Shown here piece by piece: positions 1 to 13,594 of a stretch of DNA of 64,000 nt (positions are counted from its first letter, which is position 1; each line of letters starts with the position of its first letter). This DNA is from Eledone cirrhosa (taxonomy: Eukaryota). The DNA is taken from assembly GCA_964016885.1 (NCBI GenBank), contig OZ024747.1, forward strand, positions 62,248,001 through 62,312,000, in the 5' to 3' direction. The translations under genes and the position numbers were made by a program. The notes below the pieces were generated by a model. It ran no database searches. It was not told where the DNA came from and saw only the letters and a program-made list of their open reading frames with translations.

Positions 1-1559
1 GTTTTTACTTTTGGCACAAGACCAGCAATTACTCAGTGTATTACTGGTACCTTATTTTATCGACCCCGTAAGGATGAAAGGCAAAAATAACCTCGGCGGG
101 ATTTGAACTCAGACCATAAAGGAGCGTAATTCTATGTTATGCTGGCAAGTACGGCGTCCGACCCTTATAATTCCGAAACATTTCTACCCAATCACCACCA
201 TACCCGCGTAAAAAACAACAACAAAAAAAAAAAACCGAGAGCCGACTTTAGCCTCTACGCCAGACAAAAAGACTACCTCGAAGGGACCACAATTGTCTCA
301 GTTGGCCTACTGCCTTCACTCCATCAACAGCGTGACACCCACGTCATCTCTGATTCGTGAAACATAACATTCATCTGTGGTTAATACAAATTATTTTCAA
401 GTATAGTCAACACTTGTGATTAAATTTTAGCTTGTGTAATTTTCCATAATTATTCTTTTATGGCCTTCGTCCGGCCAGTTATCCGTCATTAATACTCGAT
501 CCGGTCCGTGGAGGCAAAGAAGTTGCCGACCCTGGTATAAAGATTTGCTCAATGAAATTGAAAAGTGTGGAATCTTAATGTTGTTGTAGGGGCAGTAGGG
601 ATGATCATAAAAAATGATCCCTGGCTTACCATCTCTGCAACAAGTACAACAATTTGTTTTAGCTGGTAGGGCATATGTTTTGAGAAAAGTCCTGTTACTG
701 TAAGTTTGATAATATCATCTCTATAATTTTTTTTTAAACGATGGTGATGATGATAATAATGGTGGTAATGGTGATGATAATGGCATTGGTGATGGATGTG
801 GTGACGTTGAAGGGTAGTAGGGGCGATGACAATGGTGGGGATGCTGATATGGGTGATGATAATGGTGCTTGGGGTGGTGGTGACAGTGGTGGTCATGGTG
901 GTCCTGCTCATAGTAGTAATGGTGAGTGATGGTGGTGGTGGTGGTAATGTTTGTAGTGGTAGTGGTGATGGCGATGGTTGTGGGCAGTAGGTATGAAGGT
1001 GATGGCGATGATGATGATGATGGTGATGATGGCGATGATGATGATGATGGTGATGACGGTAATGGTAATGATGTCAATGAAGTTCTATTTGAGGATGTTA
1101 CTTTTCAGTTTGAGAACAATTTATGTGAAGAGTTCCGGTTAAACATTTGCCAAATAATTTCTGATAAGATATTACTTAGCAGCTGTTAATGCTTTGTATA
1201 CATACATACATACACATATTCACACATGTATATATACATACATACATACATACATACATACACAAACACACATGCATAGATACTTACACAAACACACACA
1301 TGCATAGATACTTACACAAACACCAACGCACACACACACGTGTACAAACCTGGAGAGGGGAAGGGCTCTGTCAGGTTTAAAGTGTCTAAGATGTGCTGTA
1401 TGTCACAGTAGCATCCCTACAACTTCATCAGGAGTTACACACACACACACACACACACACGTACGTACGTAAAAGGTAAACAGAAATAACAACACAATCG
1501 GTACAGTATATGGAAGGTATATATTAGGTTAACGCCTGAAATAGGATCCACTGCAATAT

Positions 1560-2460
1560 TGCTGTGGATCCTTGGATGAAAAACTGCATCCTTATAATCA
1601 AAATATCATGCATGGTTATGTTGCTAGGAAGCTCCAAAGTGAGAGTAATATAAATAAGCAAAGTAGTCTATCTTGGACCAACTGCTATATTGGTTCTTAC
1701 TTTCAAGGATATGTTTCTGCAATCCAAGAACAGGAAATCATAAAAAAAAACCTGATTTACAAAAGAGATAGGGATGCATGCAAACCACCTAGATGTGACA
1801 ACAGATGCAGACTCTGCAGAATTAACGTCAAAGATGTCACCCATGTCATAAGCAGCTGTCCAAAGGTATCATCACGGTACTATGTACCTATGAAGCATGA
1901 TGTAGTGGCCATGCAACCCATAGAAAGGATAGCTCCAACAATAAACATAAAAAAAAGTTACAGCAATCTGGAGGATATATAAATACATAATCGTTTCTAC
2001 TTTTTGGCACAAGGCCAGCAATTATCCCAGTGCATTACTGGTACTTTATTTTATCGACTCCGTAAGGGTGAAAGGCAAAGTTAACATAATATGAAAGAAT
2101 ACTGGTGGAATATTCCAGTCAAAAGCCCATTAAAATGCAAGCTTAACAGATAAGATTTAATGATATGGGACAGGGAAAAGAAGGCATGCATAGCAGTGGA
2201 AGTCAGCTGCCCAGCAGATGTCAATATAATGATAAAGATCTATGCTGAACTAATGAGGAATTTGCTGATATTCCACCTTGACTATACCTTCAGATTTATA
2301 TCTGCGATAAATGGGGCTCTGGGATATGTTACTAACTGCCTCAGTACAAATCTTGAGAAGCTGGGCTTCACAGAATTAGAAAGAGCACAGCTAGTTAGGA
2401 AGTTGCAAGTACATTCCATTAATGGAACAGTAGAAATATGTAAAATATAAGAAATTCTGC
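1560..2460 (+). mobile_element. R4/Dong-like non-LTR retrotransposon 3' fragment (CCHC knuckle plus restriction-like endonuclease), degenerate
   Basis: CRLC...HVISSC knuckle and R.DLMIWD...IAVEVSCP endonuclease motif; split by a SINE fragment at about 1992-2083 with ACATAAT duplication. Confidence 0.8.
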
Positions 2461-4680
2461 ATGTAATAACTGCATATGCATAGACGCAAAAACATATGCA
2501 TGTGTATACATATAACTCAAAACATGCAGATCCACACATATAATAACATCTATACCTGCACACATTTACCTAATTGATGTTGTCTAAATTCCAATGAAAG
2601 AATCTTGTGTCTATGTTAGAAACTGGCTCTCTCTCTCTCTATTGGTGAACATTTATTCAAAAAATTGTTTCTACATTTGGCACAAGGCCAGCAATTTGAA
2701 GAGAAGAGGTGAGTCGATTAAATCAACCCCAGTGCGTAACTGGTGCTTTATTGTATTGACCCCGAAAGGATGAAAAGCAAGGCTCACCTCAGCAGGATTT
2801 GAACTCAGAACATAGTCCATAAAGCATTTGTCTGACGCCCTAACAATTCTGCCAACTAGAATATACATCCATACATGTGTCAGACCTGCCAACCTCTAAA
2901 AACCCAAACGGGTGTACTATGAAAAAAAGTGCCCCAAAACGGGGAGAAATGAGACAAGATGGGGAGATTTTGTAAAATGAAAGCTATACCCATTTTCACA
3001 AGAGAAGACATCTCTCACTTACCCCAGAGTGGGTGGCAACATGGTGTGTATATATCAAACTAACTAGAGTTTCAAGAAATAATCACCAAATCTTGGCAAC
3101 ATGGCATGGATAACAAACTTAACATAATTGTTTCTACTTTTGGCACCAGGCCAGCAATTATTCCAGTGCATTACTGGTACTTTATTTTATCGACCCCGTA
3201 AGGATGAAAGGCAAAGTTAATAACATAATAATGAAAATTATTGTGTACAGTGCTTAAGTGCACTACAACTCATCAAAGGTGCATGGAATAATGTACAAAA
3301 GTCAGGAAAGTTAACAGTGTATGAGTCATTATACACAGACACGTGTGTGCATGTGTATGGAGAGGGAATATCAGGTGTAGTGTTGGCGAATTTCGGGAAG
3401 CATGGAGGTTTTGAAGGATGCCGTGTCCTGGTAGTTTGTTCCATGCTTCAGCATGTTTCCCACAGTCATAGGAGCTGTTCTGTTTTCTGATTTTGTAAGC
3501 ATGTCCACGGGTGTTAAGACATGTAATTCAAAAAAGTGCTCAGGGTTGGGTCAATTTAATCAAATTTCCCCTCCCCAAAATTACTAACCTAGTGCCTAAG
3601 GTAGAAACAATTGTTAGGGTAAAGCCTTAACTCTTTGGCATTTACATTATTCTATATTTACTATTATATTTTCACGGTAAAGTCTCTACCTCACATAATA
3701 TCGCATCTATGAGATTTTAATATTATTTATTTTGGGAACATTACCTTAACATCAGTATGAGCGGCCAGTTTGAACAGAAAGAGGTGTGAGAATTCTGACT
3801 ACCCGTACTCCATCCTCCCACACCACCCTTTTTCTGTAAAGTTATGTTGGTACCACAACATCCAGTCCACACTAAAGTGGTCGTGTAGATGTCACAACAA
3901 AAAACACACACAGTCCACGCTGTAATGTGGTCGTGTAGGAGACACTGTAAAAAGACTCCTAGTCCACACTAAATGTGGTTGGTGTTAGAAAACCGGCCAG
4001 ATGCAGTCCTATACGAGCGAGACACGGTCACCCGATCAATCTTGCCTCAAATGGGACAATTCCCGCCTAACTCATGCTAGCGTGGAAGATGGACGTTAAA
4101 CGATGATGTTGACGATATAACTGGTTTAAATGCTAAAGGATTAAAGCGATTTAGTCAATCATTTCAACCCTGGTGCTTATTTTACAGATATCTTCTATTA
4201 TCAAACTATATTTCTGCATCTTCTGCCTCCTTTATTTCCTTCTCTATAGTTTATCTTATATCTCTTTCTACCACTCTCACGTTTCTTTTTCTAAATTCTA
4301 AATGGTTTTAGATGTATTCCTAGCCTGTCGTGGTTTATCAGCTCTATATGGACTTTCTAATTAAATAAATAAATATGAGACATAAACAAACTGTAAATAT
4401 AAACCCAAACATGGACAAATACACACACATATATATACATGTATACACAGACAGACTGATAGATAAATAGACAGACAGTGAGATAGAGATAGATTGTTAG
4501 ACATGCAAGTAGACAGACAGGAAGAGTCAGAAAGATAAATAGCTAGATAAACATATAGATATCTTTTATAGATAAACATATAAATAGACAGACAGACAGA
4601 TAGATAGATAAATATATAGATAAACAGATAGATGGATAGATAGATAGATTTTATTTATTTATTTATTATAAGTAGATAGA

Positions 4681-5560
4681 TATTTTTATTTGCCACAGGG
4701 GCGTACAAAAAGGGACATTACAAGACGTGACGGCGGGGGTTTTACATAAAATCTTTAACAATGATGAATAACAATAAACTATATATAAAATAAAACAATC
4801 GAAATCCCCATTAGGGGGAACGTTACTGCGGGGTTGTTTTACACCCCGTGGATAGAACAACCATCAACACCAGGAAAAACGTTTTGTAGGTGTACCCGTC
4901 TTCCCTCTGTTTATCTTCCTCAACCTACAGGTTTATATACAGAGAAGGCCCATTCACTCGGGCCATTTTCGCCACTTTCACCCTCCTTTCAGCGAATTTA
5001 CTGGGGTGTAGCATCTCTCTCTCCATTCTCACCTTCCTTCTGAAGTGGTACTTAAAGAAGGGGACGAGTTGTTGTCCGGAGAGAAAGGTGTTTGACCTCA
5101 GTCCTTTTAACCTCGTCCACCATATTACCTCTTTCGCCATAGCCACCAGAAGGGGAAAACCGCTTCTCCTTCATTCTTAAATGAAGGCGGCGGGGTGATC
5201 CTCACGATGGACTCGGCTGACAACTGGATGCTGTTCGACATAATTCCACAGGTCGGTCACCCCTGAGCACTGAACAATTGCGTGCAGAACGGTTTCGATG
5301 TCCTGCTCGCATCTTGGACAGGTCCTTTGGGAAGGATCTTTGCCAGGGCGTCCGTGCCTGTAGATTTTATCTCGAACTGGTAGAGCTCTTCGGTAGCACT
5401 GCTAGGCCATAGACCTCTGGAAGTTATCCATAGGCCATGGATGGAAAGTCCTCCCGAACAGACTGGTCAGTTCGTCCTCTTCGGTGCCCCGAGAACGTCG
5501 TCGCACTTATCCTCCACTAATCCCTTATAGAATGTCGAAGTGGAGTTTCTGCTTGGCAAT
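4681..5560 (-). mobile_element. Tx1/L1-clade LINE 3' fragment (zf-RVT region plus 3'UTR)
   Basis: AKEVIWWTRLKGL...ERRVKVAKMARVNGPSLYINL* C-terminus; ends tgtggcaaataaaa next to (AGAT)n. Confidence 0.85.
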
Positions 5561-5777
5561 CGGCGGAGATTCCACTTCGACATCAGATAGATAGGCGGAC
5601 TGACAGATAAATAGACAGACACAAACAGACTGGACTGGCAGACAGATAAGTAGGAAGAAAGACAGAGAGATGGAAGATAGGTTTATAGACAGTTAAAAAG
5701 AGATAGATAGATTGACTGACAGGCAAATAGATAGATATATAGCTGGACAGACAGACGGACATACATAGAAAGATATG

Positions 5778-7075
5778 TTTCTTTTATTTGCCACTAGGGC
5801 ATCAAAAGTGGGACAAGTACAAAGGGGGGAGTTTACACAAAAAGGCGTCCTCAATAAGGAGGAGGCAATAACAAAATATAAAAATAAAATAAGATATAAC
5901 AAAAAATAAAATTTTTAACAAAATCCTCAATAGAGAGGAGGCGCCTTGGGGGGTCGCACACACCCCCGAAAAAAGTGTGCAACCCTTCTCAGGAGCACAG
6001 AGAAGGGGTGCTCCCTTGGTCTTTCATCTTCCTCACCTATAGTCTGATGTAGAGTGAAGGCCCATTCACACGGGCCATTCTCGCCACTTTCACCCATCTT
6101 TCATAGAAACGGCTGGGGTGCAGCACCTCTCTCTCCATCCTGATCCTTCTTCCGAAATGATATCGGAAGAAACGGACCAGTTGTTGGCCAGAGAGAAAGG
6201 TGCCTGACCTCAGTCCTTTCAGACGCGTCCACCATACAACCTCTTTCGCCATGGCTATTACGCACAGAAACACCGCCTCTGCTTCATCTTTGAAGGGGGG
6301 AGGCGGCTTGATCATTACAATAGACTCGGTGGTCAACCGGATCGGTCCCACCCTTGACAGCAGTTGTTCGACATAGCCCCACAGATCGGCTACGCCCGAG
6401 CAGTGTACCAATGCGTGTGCAACGGTTTCCTCGTCGCACACGCATCTGGGACAGATCTTTTTGGCGGGGTCCCTACCCGGGCGCCCGTGTCTGTAGAGCC
6501 TTTCTCGAACGGGTAAAGCCCCTCGGTAGCACTGCCAGGCCAGGGACTTCTGGAAGTTGTCCATAGGTCCCGGGCTGAATGTCCTACCGAACAGGCTGGC
6601 CAGTTCGTCCTCCTCCATGTCTAGGGCTTCTCCGAGGGCGTCGTCGCACCTGCTGCGTACCAGCCCTCTATAGAATGTTGCGGTGGAGTCTCCACTGATA
6701 ACCGGATCCGCCTGCTAGAGGGCGGTGAGCGCCTGGGCACACTCAGTGTGCCAGGCGCCCAGTTTTCTCGGTCTTTGCTTGACCCAGGATTGCAGCTCGG
6801 TGAGTGAGACGAGTCTGGGAAAGGTTCGTCTCACAAACGAGGCCCACACCGGTTGTCCGGTGAGGAATACGTAGAGGTGCCGTAGCCTTAATGCGTGTTT
6901 ACGCATCATTAGCCACGGCATCCCCAGCCCTCCTTTCGAAGGGTGTTGACAGCAGATGGATCTCCTCACCATAGGAGCCCGCCTCTTCCAAAGGAATTGG
7001 AAGAGCGCGCGCTCCATCTTGGTGAGGGTTTCCCTTGGGCAGGGCACTACGGTCAGGCGGTAGTAGATGACGGAA
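5778..7075 (-). mobile_element. Tx1/L1-clade LINE 3' fragment (RT C-terminus, zf-RVT, 3'UTR)
   Basis: SVIYYRLTVVPCP...LFQFLW...GGLGMP and AWQCYRGALPVRERL...CPRC..EETVAHALVHC. Confidence 0.9.
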
Positions 7076-7107
7076 TACATAGAAAGATAGACAGATAAAT
7101 AGATAAA

Positions 7108-7355
7108 TTTCTTTATTTGCCACAAGGGCGCACAAGAAAAGGGGACAATACAAAGACACATGCCGGGAATTTTACATACAGTCGTGTAAAAATATTGAAA
7201 CAAACAGTTATAACAATCGAAATCCCCAATAGGGGGGGAAGCACCACAAATGGGTTGTTTAATACTCCGTCGCTAGAACAACCCTCAACTTCAGGAGCCT
7301 GTTGTGCAAGTGCTCCCTTCTTCCTTTGCTCTCTTCTTTAACCCACAGGCTTATA
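7108..7355 (-). mobile_element. Tx1-like LINE 3'UTR-only copy
   Basis: Same cccttgtggcaaataaag terminus; (AGAT)n on both sides. Confidence 0.7.
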
Positions 7356-7581
7356 AACAGATAGATACATGAAAAACATTTTTGTATATATCGTTATTTT
7401 GTTGTATGTATAGTTTGTGGCTTCGGTCGGTTCTCTTGGTGTCACATTTTATAACTAAGGTGTTTAACACGGGACTTAATGTTTGTTTTTAACTTTCGAT
7501 CCATTGAGTACTCTGTGACAGCCTCAAAACAAATCGAATTGGACTTGCTGTACTGCAGCTAAAGTTCGATTTACAAATATG

Positions 7582-7627
<46 letters not shown>

Positions 7628-7629
<2 letters not shown>

Positions 7630-8252
7630 CATACATGACTTTTAACGGCGGTCTGAAATATGAAAGTAAATTTATTTTCATTTTCGGACGTCGTGTTTAC
7701 ATTTTGTGTGTGTTTAGATCTATATTAGTTACTGAGATTAAAGACAAAATCAGAGCCTCTGTCGTTTTAACTGATTATGTGTGTGTGTGTGTGTCTGTGT
7801 GTGTCTGTGTGTGTCTGTCTGTGTGTAGTTGACGGTCGAGAGAAGAGTATTCAATACCGAAGTGATCTTGTAATGAGGCTTGCAGAATGGTTAGTCCGAC
7901 ATTCTGGACGCTGCTGCCTTGTAGAAGTCCCAAATCGAAGCTGTGACACTCTCGTCCCCATCATTCAGCAGGGATTTGCCAGGCAGCCGCATCATCTCCG
8001 ATGGTTGGGCTTCCTATTCGGAAATTGAAGGTGGGATTTACGTTCATGATGTTGTGGTGCACGAACGGAACTTTGTAGATCCTGCGGACCCTGATGTGCA
8101 CACACAGCTCATAGAGAACACATGGAGCCGTGCAAAGAAGAAGCTTCGTCGCCAGCATGTTTCGTTTAAACACACACAAAATGTAAACACGACGTTCGAA
8201 AATGAAAATAAATTTCTTTTCATTATTGCGACCGCTAAAAGTCATGTATGCC
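7628..8252 (+). mobile_element. Merlin (IS1016/ISXO2-like) DNA transposon, internally deleted
   Basis: About 90-bp TIRs GGCATACATGACTTTTA...TAAAAGTCATGTATGCC; peptide LPGSRIISDGWASY...HERNFVDP..VHTQLIENTWSRAK; sits in (TA)n. Confidence 0.88.
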
Positions 8253-8305
<53 letters not shown>

Positions 8306-8365
8306 ATATTATATATATATATATATGTAGAGAGAGATAGATATAGACATAATAGATAGATAAAT

Positions 8366-8545
8366 ATCTTTATTAGCCACAAGGGCACAAAAGAAGGGGA
8401 CAAATACAAATGGGGAGTTTACATACATGTATATGAAAATAAAACTATTAATAAAATAACAAATAACAATTGAAATCTATAATGGGGGGAGGGGCGTTAC
8501 ACAGGGGTTGTACACCCCCCGAAAAAATGTACAACCCTCAGACAT
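8366..8545 (-). mobile_element. Tx1-like LINE 3'UTR-only copy
   Basis: cccttgtggctaataaag terminus and GGGGG..CCCCC hairpin; (AGAT)n flanks. Confidence 0.65.
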
Positions 8546-8707
8546 AATAGATAGATAAATAGATAGATATAAAGATATAAAGACAAACAGAGAGACATAT
8601 ATATATATATATATATATGTAAAAGTTCTATTTAAATTGTTGGGATACAACAAGCAAATATTTTTATAACTGATATAAAGCACTCAACAATTATTTGGAG
8701 TAAAAAT

Positions 8708-9032
8708 ACGATATTATCAAATGGAAACTATATTTATAAAACCATATTTATTTCATTATACATATTTCAAGTAAACCAAATTAAATTATGGTGTGCTTTC
8801 GTCAGATAAAATATAATATAGATCAGTTTTATAAATAAATATTGACTATCCGGGAGCTTCCAACAGCATTGGTTGCATTCTTTAAGGGTATGTCAATATT
8901 TATTTATAAAACTGATCTATATTATATTTTATCTGATGAAAGCACACCATAATTTAACTTGGTGTCCTTGAAATATGTATAATGAAATAAATATGGTTTT
9001 ATAAATATAGTTTCCATTTGATAATATCGTAT
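8708..9032. repeat. Fold-back palindrome with a hammerhead ribozyme motif in each arm (PLE pLTR-like)
   Basis: Arms about 8708-8848 and 8892-9032; CTGATGA-aagcacacca..tggtgtcctt-GAAATATGTA at 8933 (+) and its mirror at 8756-8811 (-). Confidence 0.85.
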
Positions 9033-9175
9033 ATATATAAATATATATATATATATATAGTACTCCTTAGTGATTTTTATTATATATTTTTACCCATAAT
9101 CTTGCAATGTATGTACACTCCATATTCTTCGGAGTTTTCGGCTTGTATTGGCCGATAGTACTTCTTGTTGTTTTA

Positions 9176-9219
9176 ATTGCCCTGATGAGTCCTTAATAGG
9201 ACGAAACATTGTTGGCTAA
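9176..9219 (+). ncRNA. Type I minimal hammerhead ribozyme (tandem copy 1)
   Basis: gcc-c-CTGATGA-gtcc ttaata ggac-GAAAC att GTT^ggc. Confidence 0.85.
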
Positions 9220-9496
9220 TAAAGACTTTTGATGTATTGAAGGCTTCTTCGTTTTATTTTCATAATATATATATATATATATAACCAAATTTGTTTAGAT
9301 TTAGGTTAGTTGCTTTGGACTATATTTGTAATATGGTTCTTAATGTTATCTACATCCTTAGTTATTCTTATTATATATTTTTATTTTTATTTTCATTTTT
9401 ATTATCATATATTTTTGTAAGACATTAGTGTATGTACACTCCATATTCTTCAGAGTTTCCGGCTTGTATCTGCCGATATTACCTCTTGTTGTTTTG

Positions 9497-9540
9497 ATTG
9501 CCCTGATGAGTCCTTAATAGGACGAAACATTGTCGGCTAA
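9497..9540 (+). ncRNA. Type I minimal hammerhead ribozyme (tandem copy 2)
   Basis: gcc-c-CTGATGA-gtcc ttaata ggac-GAAAC att GTC^ggc. Confidence 0.88.
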
Positions 9541-9680
9541 TAAAAACTTTTGATGTATTAAAGGATTCTTTGTTTTACTCTTAATTTTTTGGCTGTTTAA
9601 CTGCATTGAGCTATACCTTTTACTGTCATTTCTATAATACGAAGAGGGTGTTTGACTCCAACACGCTCCAGTATTCTAAT

Positions 9681-9720
<40 letters not shown>

Positions 9721-10019
9721 ATAGATAGATATGATAGATACATAGATAGATAGACATACAGATATAAAGAGACAGATAGATAGATAGTCAGACAGGTAGG
9801 TAGATAGATAGGTAGATAGATAGACAGACATATATATCTGAAAGTCGATCGACTGTCGATATTATAAAAGTAACGAAGATCGCTGGCATTAGATAGATAG
9901 ACAACAGCCCATATTATTTTCATTCCATTAAGTCAAAAGGAAGTTATCACTTACTGTTGTCTGTGGAGGAATCTGGTGTTGAATGGCTTGAACTGACAAG
10001 GTTTGTGGTAGAAGAAGGG

Positions 10020-11030
10020 TGCTGGTGGTAGTGGCGGAGGTGATGGTGATGGTGTGTGGTGGTGTGGTGGTGGTGGTAGTAGTAGTCGGTGATGGTGGGG
10101 TTGGGTTGTGATAGTGGTGGTGGTGATGGTGGTAGTGGGGGTGATGGTGGTAGTGGGGGTGATGGTGGTGAGGGTTGTGGGGGTGATGGTGGTGAGGGTT
10201 GTGGGGGTGATGGTGGTGAGGGTTGTGGTGGTGGTGGTAGTGGGTGATGGTGGTAGTGGGGGTGATGGTGGTGAGGGTTGTGATGGTGGTGGTGGTGGTG
10301 TGGTGGGGTTGTGGTGGTGGTGAGTGATATAGTGGTGATGGTAGTGGTGGTGATGGTGCTAGTGGTGATGGTGGCGGTGTTAGGTGGTAGTGGTGTTAGG
10401 TGGTGGGTAATCGGTAATGATAGGGGATGGCGGTGGTGGAGGCAGAGTGGGGCAACTTATGATGGTGGTGGTGATGGAGGTGGGAGTGGCAAAACTGAGG
10501 GTGGTGGAAGTGGCAAAACTGATGGTGGTGGAGGTAGAGGAGGCACCTCTGGTGATGGTGGTGACAGTGGTGGTGGTGGTGGTGATGGTAATGATGCTGA
10601 TGGAAGTGGTGGGGATGGTAATGGTTGGGGTGGTGGTGATGGTAGTGACGGCACTGATTGTGGTGGGTGATGGTGATGATAGTGGTAGTGGGTGGAGGTG
10701 GTAACTTTAATAGTTGTGGTGGTGGAGGTGGTAGTGATGGTGAAAGTGGTGGTGGTGGTGGTGGTGGTGATGGTAGTGGTGGTGATGGTGGGTAATGGTG
10801 GTGGCGATGGTGGAACTGTTGTGGTGGTGGTGGAAGTGGTGGTGAAACTGGTTGTGGTGGTGGTGATAGTAGTGGTGGTGATAGTGGAACTGGTAGTGGT
10901 GGTGATGGTGGGTAATGGTGGTGGAAGTAGTGGTGGTGGTGGAACTGGAGGCAACACTGATGGTGGTAATAGCAATGGTAATAATGGTGGTGTTGGTGAC
11001 GTGGTAGGAGATGTGATAATCTGTACTGTG
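10020..11030. repeat. (GGT/GAT)n low-complexity tract (similar tracts at 740-1075 and 61615-62130)
   Basis: Degenerate trinucleotide repeats. Confidence 0.9.
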
Positions 11031-11945
11031 TGGTAGTGGTAGTGTGATAGTTGTGGTGGTAGTGTGATAGTTATAGTGGTAGTGTGATAGTTATAGTGGT
11101 AGTGTGATAGTTATAGTGGTAGTGTGATAGTTATAGTGGTAGTGTGATAGTTATAGTGGTAGTGTGATAGTTGTGGTGGTAGTGTGATAGTTATAGTGGT
11201 AGTGTGATAGTTGTGGTGGTAGTGTGATAGTTGTGGTGGTAGTGTGATAGTTGTGGTGGTAGTGTGATAGTTGTGGTGGTAGTGTGATAGTTGTGGTGGT
11301 AGTGTGATAGTTGTGGTGGTAGTGTGATAGTTGTGGTGGTAGTGTGATAGTTGTGGTGGTAGTGTGATAGTTGTGGTGGTAGTGTGATAGTTGTGGTGGT
11401 AGTGTGATAGTTATAGTGGTAGTGTGATAGTTGTGGTGGTAGTGTGATAGTTGTGGTGGTAGTGTGATAGTTGTGGTGGTAGTGTGATAGTTGTGGTGGT
11501 AGTGTGATAGTTGTGGTGGTAGTGTGATAGTTGTGGTGGTAGTGTGATAGTTGTGGTGGTAGTGTGATAGTTGTGGTGGTAGTGTGATAGTTGTGGTGGT
11601 AGTGTGATAGTTGTGGTGGTAGTGTGATAGTTGTGGTGGTAGTGTGATAGTTGTGGTGGTAGTGTGATAGTTGTGGTGGTAGTGTGATAGTTGTGGTGGT
11701 AGTGTGATAGTTGTGGTGGTAGTGTGATAGTTGTGGTGGTAGTGTGATAGTTGTGGTGGTAGTGTGATAGTTGTGGTGGTAGTGTGATAGTTGTGGTGGT
11801 AGTGTGATAGTTGTGGTGGTAGTGTGATAGTTGTGGTGGTAGTGTGATAGTTGTGGTGGTAGTGTGATAGTTGTGGTGGTAGTGTGATAGTGGTGGTGGT
11901 AGTGTGATAGTTGTGGTGGTAGTGTGATAGTTGTGGTGGTAGATG
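11031..11945. repeat. 20-bp minisatellite AGTGTGATAGTTGTGGTGGT, about 45 copies
   Basis: Exact 20-bp periodicity; TTATAG variant clustered at the left end. Confidence 0.95.
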
Positions 11946-12279
11946 TAGTGTGTGATAGCATGTATGTTTATCTGTGTGCACATGTATATGTATGGGTGCA
12001 CATGTGCATGGTGGTGGTGCTGATGTAGTGATAGTGGTTGTGGTGGTAGATACTGTAGTGTGTGATAGCATATGTGTGTGTATGTGTGTGTATGTGTATG
12101 TGCGTGTATGTATGTTTGTGTGTGTGGAACAATTATTGTGTTAGTACTGTGCGTACATGTGTGTATCTGTGTATGTGTATATGTGTTTGTGTGTGTGTGT
12201 GTTGTACAATTATTGTTAGTACTGTGTGTACATGTGTGTGATATATGTGTATGTATATATGTGTGTATGTATGTTTGTG

Positions 12280-12900
12280 TGTGGTACAGTTATTGTGTTA
12301 GTACTGTGTACATGTGTGTGTATGTATCTGTGTGTGTGGGTATGTGTGGTACAGTTATTGTGTTAGTACTGTGTACATGTGTGTGTATGTATCTGTGTGT
12401 GTGGGTATGTGTGGTGCAGTTATTGTGTTAGTACTGTGTACATGTGTGTGTATGTATCTGTGTGTGTGGGTATGTGTGGTGCAGTTATTGTGTTAGTACT
12501 GTGTACAAGTGTGTGTATGTATCTGTGTGTGTGGGTATGTGTGGTGCAGTTATTGTGTTAGTACTGTGTACATGTGTGTGTATGTATCTGTGTGTGTGGG
12601 TATGTGTGGTGCAGTTATTGTGTTAGTACTGTGTACATGTGTGTGTATGTATCTGTGTGTGTGGGTATGTGTGGTGCAGTTATTGTGTTAGTACTGTGTA
12701 CATGTGTGTGTATGTATGTGTGTGTGGGTATGTGTGGTGCAGTTATTGTGTTAGTACTGTGTACATGTGTGTGTATGTATCTGTGTGTGTGGGTATGTGT
12801 GGTGCAGTTATTGTGTTAGTACTGTGTACATGTGTGTGTATGTATCTGTGTGTGGGTATGTGTGGTGCAGTTATTGTGTTAGTACTGTGTACATGTGTGT
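12280..12900. repeat. 65-bp minisatellite, about 9-10 copies
   Basis: gtggtgcagttattgtgttagtactgtgtacatgtgtgtgtatgtatctgtgtgtgtgggtatgt repeats. Confidence 0.92.
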
Positions 12901-13594
12901 GTGTGTATGTATGGTCATGCATGTATGTGTGTGTCGGTGTATATGAATGCAGTATAGTTATAGAAATTAGTACTGTGAGTGTGTGTGGGTGGGTATGTGA
13001 TTGTGAATGAGTGTGTGTGTGTGTCCAGCACACACACACAAACACACACACCTTCCAACCTTTGACCCAGTATAACATTTAGGACGTGGTAGCTGGAAAG
13101 GAGAATGTGCAGCCCTAACACAGGATTAGTACCTAACTAATCAAGCCTCAAAAGGATTAAAGACACGGTTGACTGTGGTAGGATTTGAATTCAGAAAATA
13201 GAGATAACCAAGACAAATTCACCAGCACTACACCTGGTATTCTCCCTCCATACACATACACGCATGTATCTGAGTGTATATTATGACTCATACACTATTC
13301 ACTTTCCTGACATTTGTACATTATTCCATGTACTATACATGCACCTTTGATGAGTTGCAGAGCACCTGAGCCTTGTACACAATCATTTTCATTATTTTTA
13401 AATATTAATTTCTAATTTAGGTACAAGGCCAGCAAATTTTGTAGAAGGGCAGTTTGTGACTGGTATCTTATTTTATCGACCCCAGATTGATGAAAGGTTA
13501 AGTAAATAGCTAGAAGACCCATGGCAATGTATTTCATCCTCTATCTGGTGCTGTAACAACTTTGAAATGAACGTTAAATTGTGGTGATGATGAT

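Noticed and set aside
2585-2630. Hammerhead after the R4-like ORF (ccaatgaaaga...gaaactgg)
   Set aside because: The core does not match CUGANGA and stem II does not pair convincingly
2881-3045. hAT-like MITE (cagacctgccaac...gtggcaacatg); also a hAT-like end at about 460-535
   Set aside because: TIRs are imperfect and there is no clear 8-bp TSD, so support is too weak to list as a feature
11031-12900. Regular repeats and long His/Thr- or Val/Cys-rich ORFs resembling a CRISPR array or repeat protein
   Set aside because: Units are head-to-tail with no unique spacers, there are no cas genes, and ORFs are open in several frames only because of repeat periodicity
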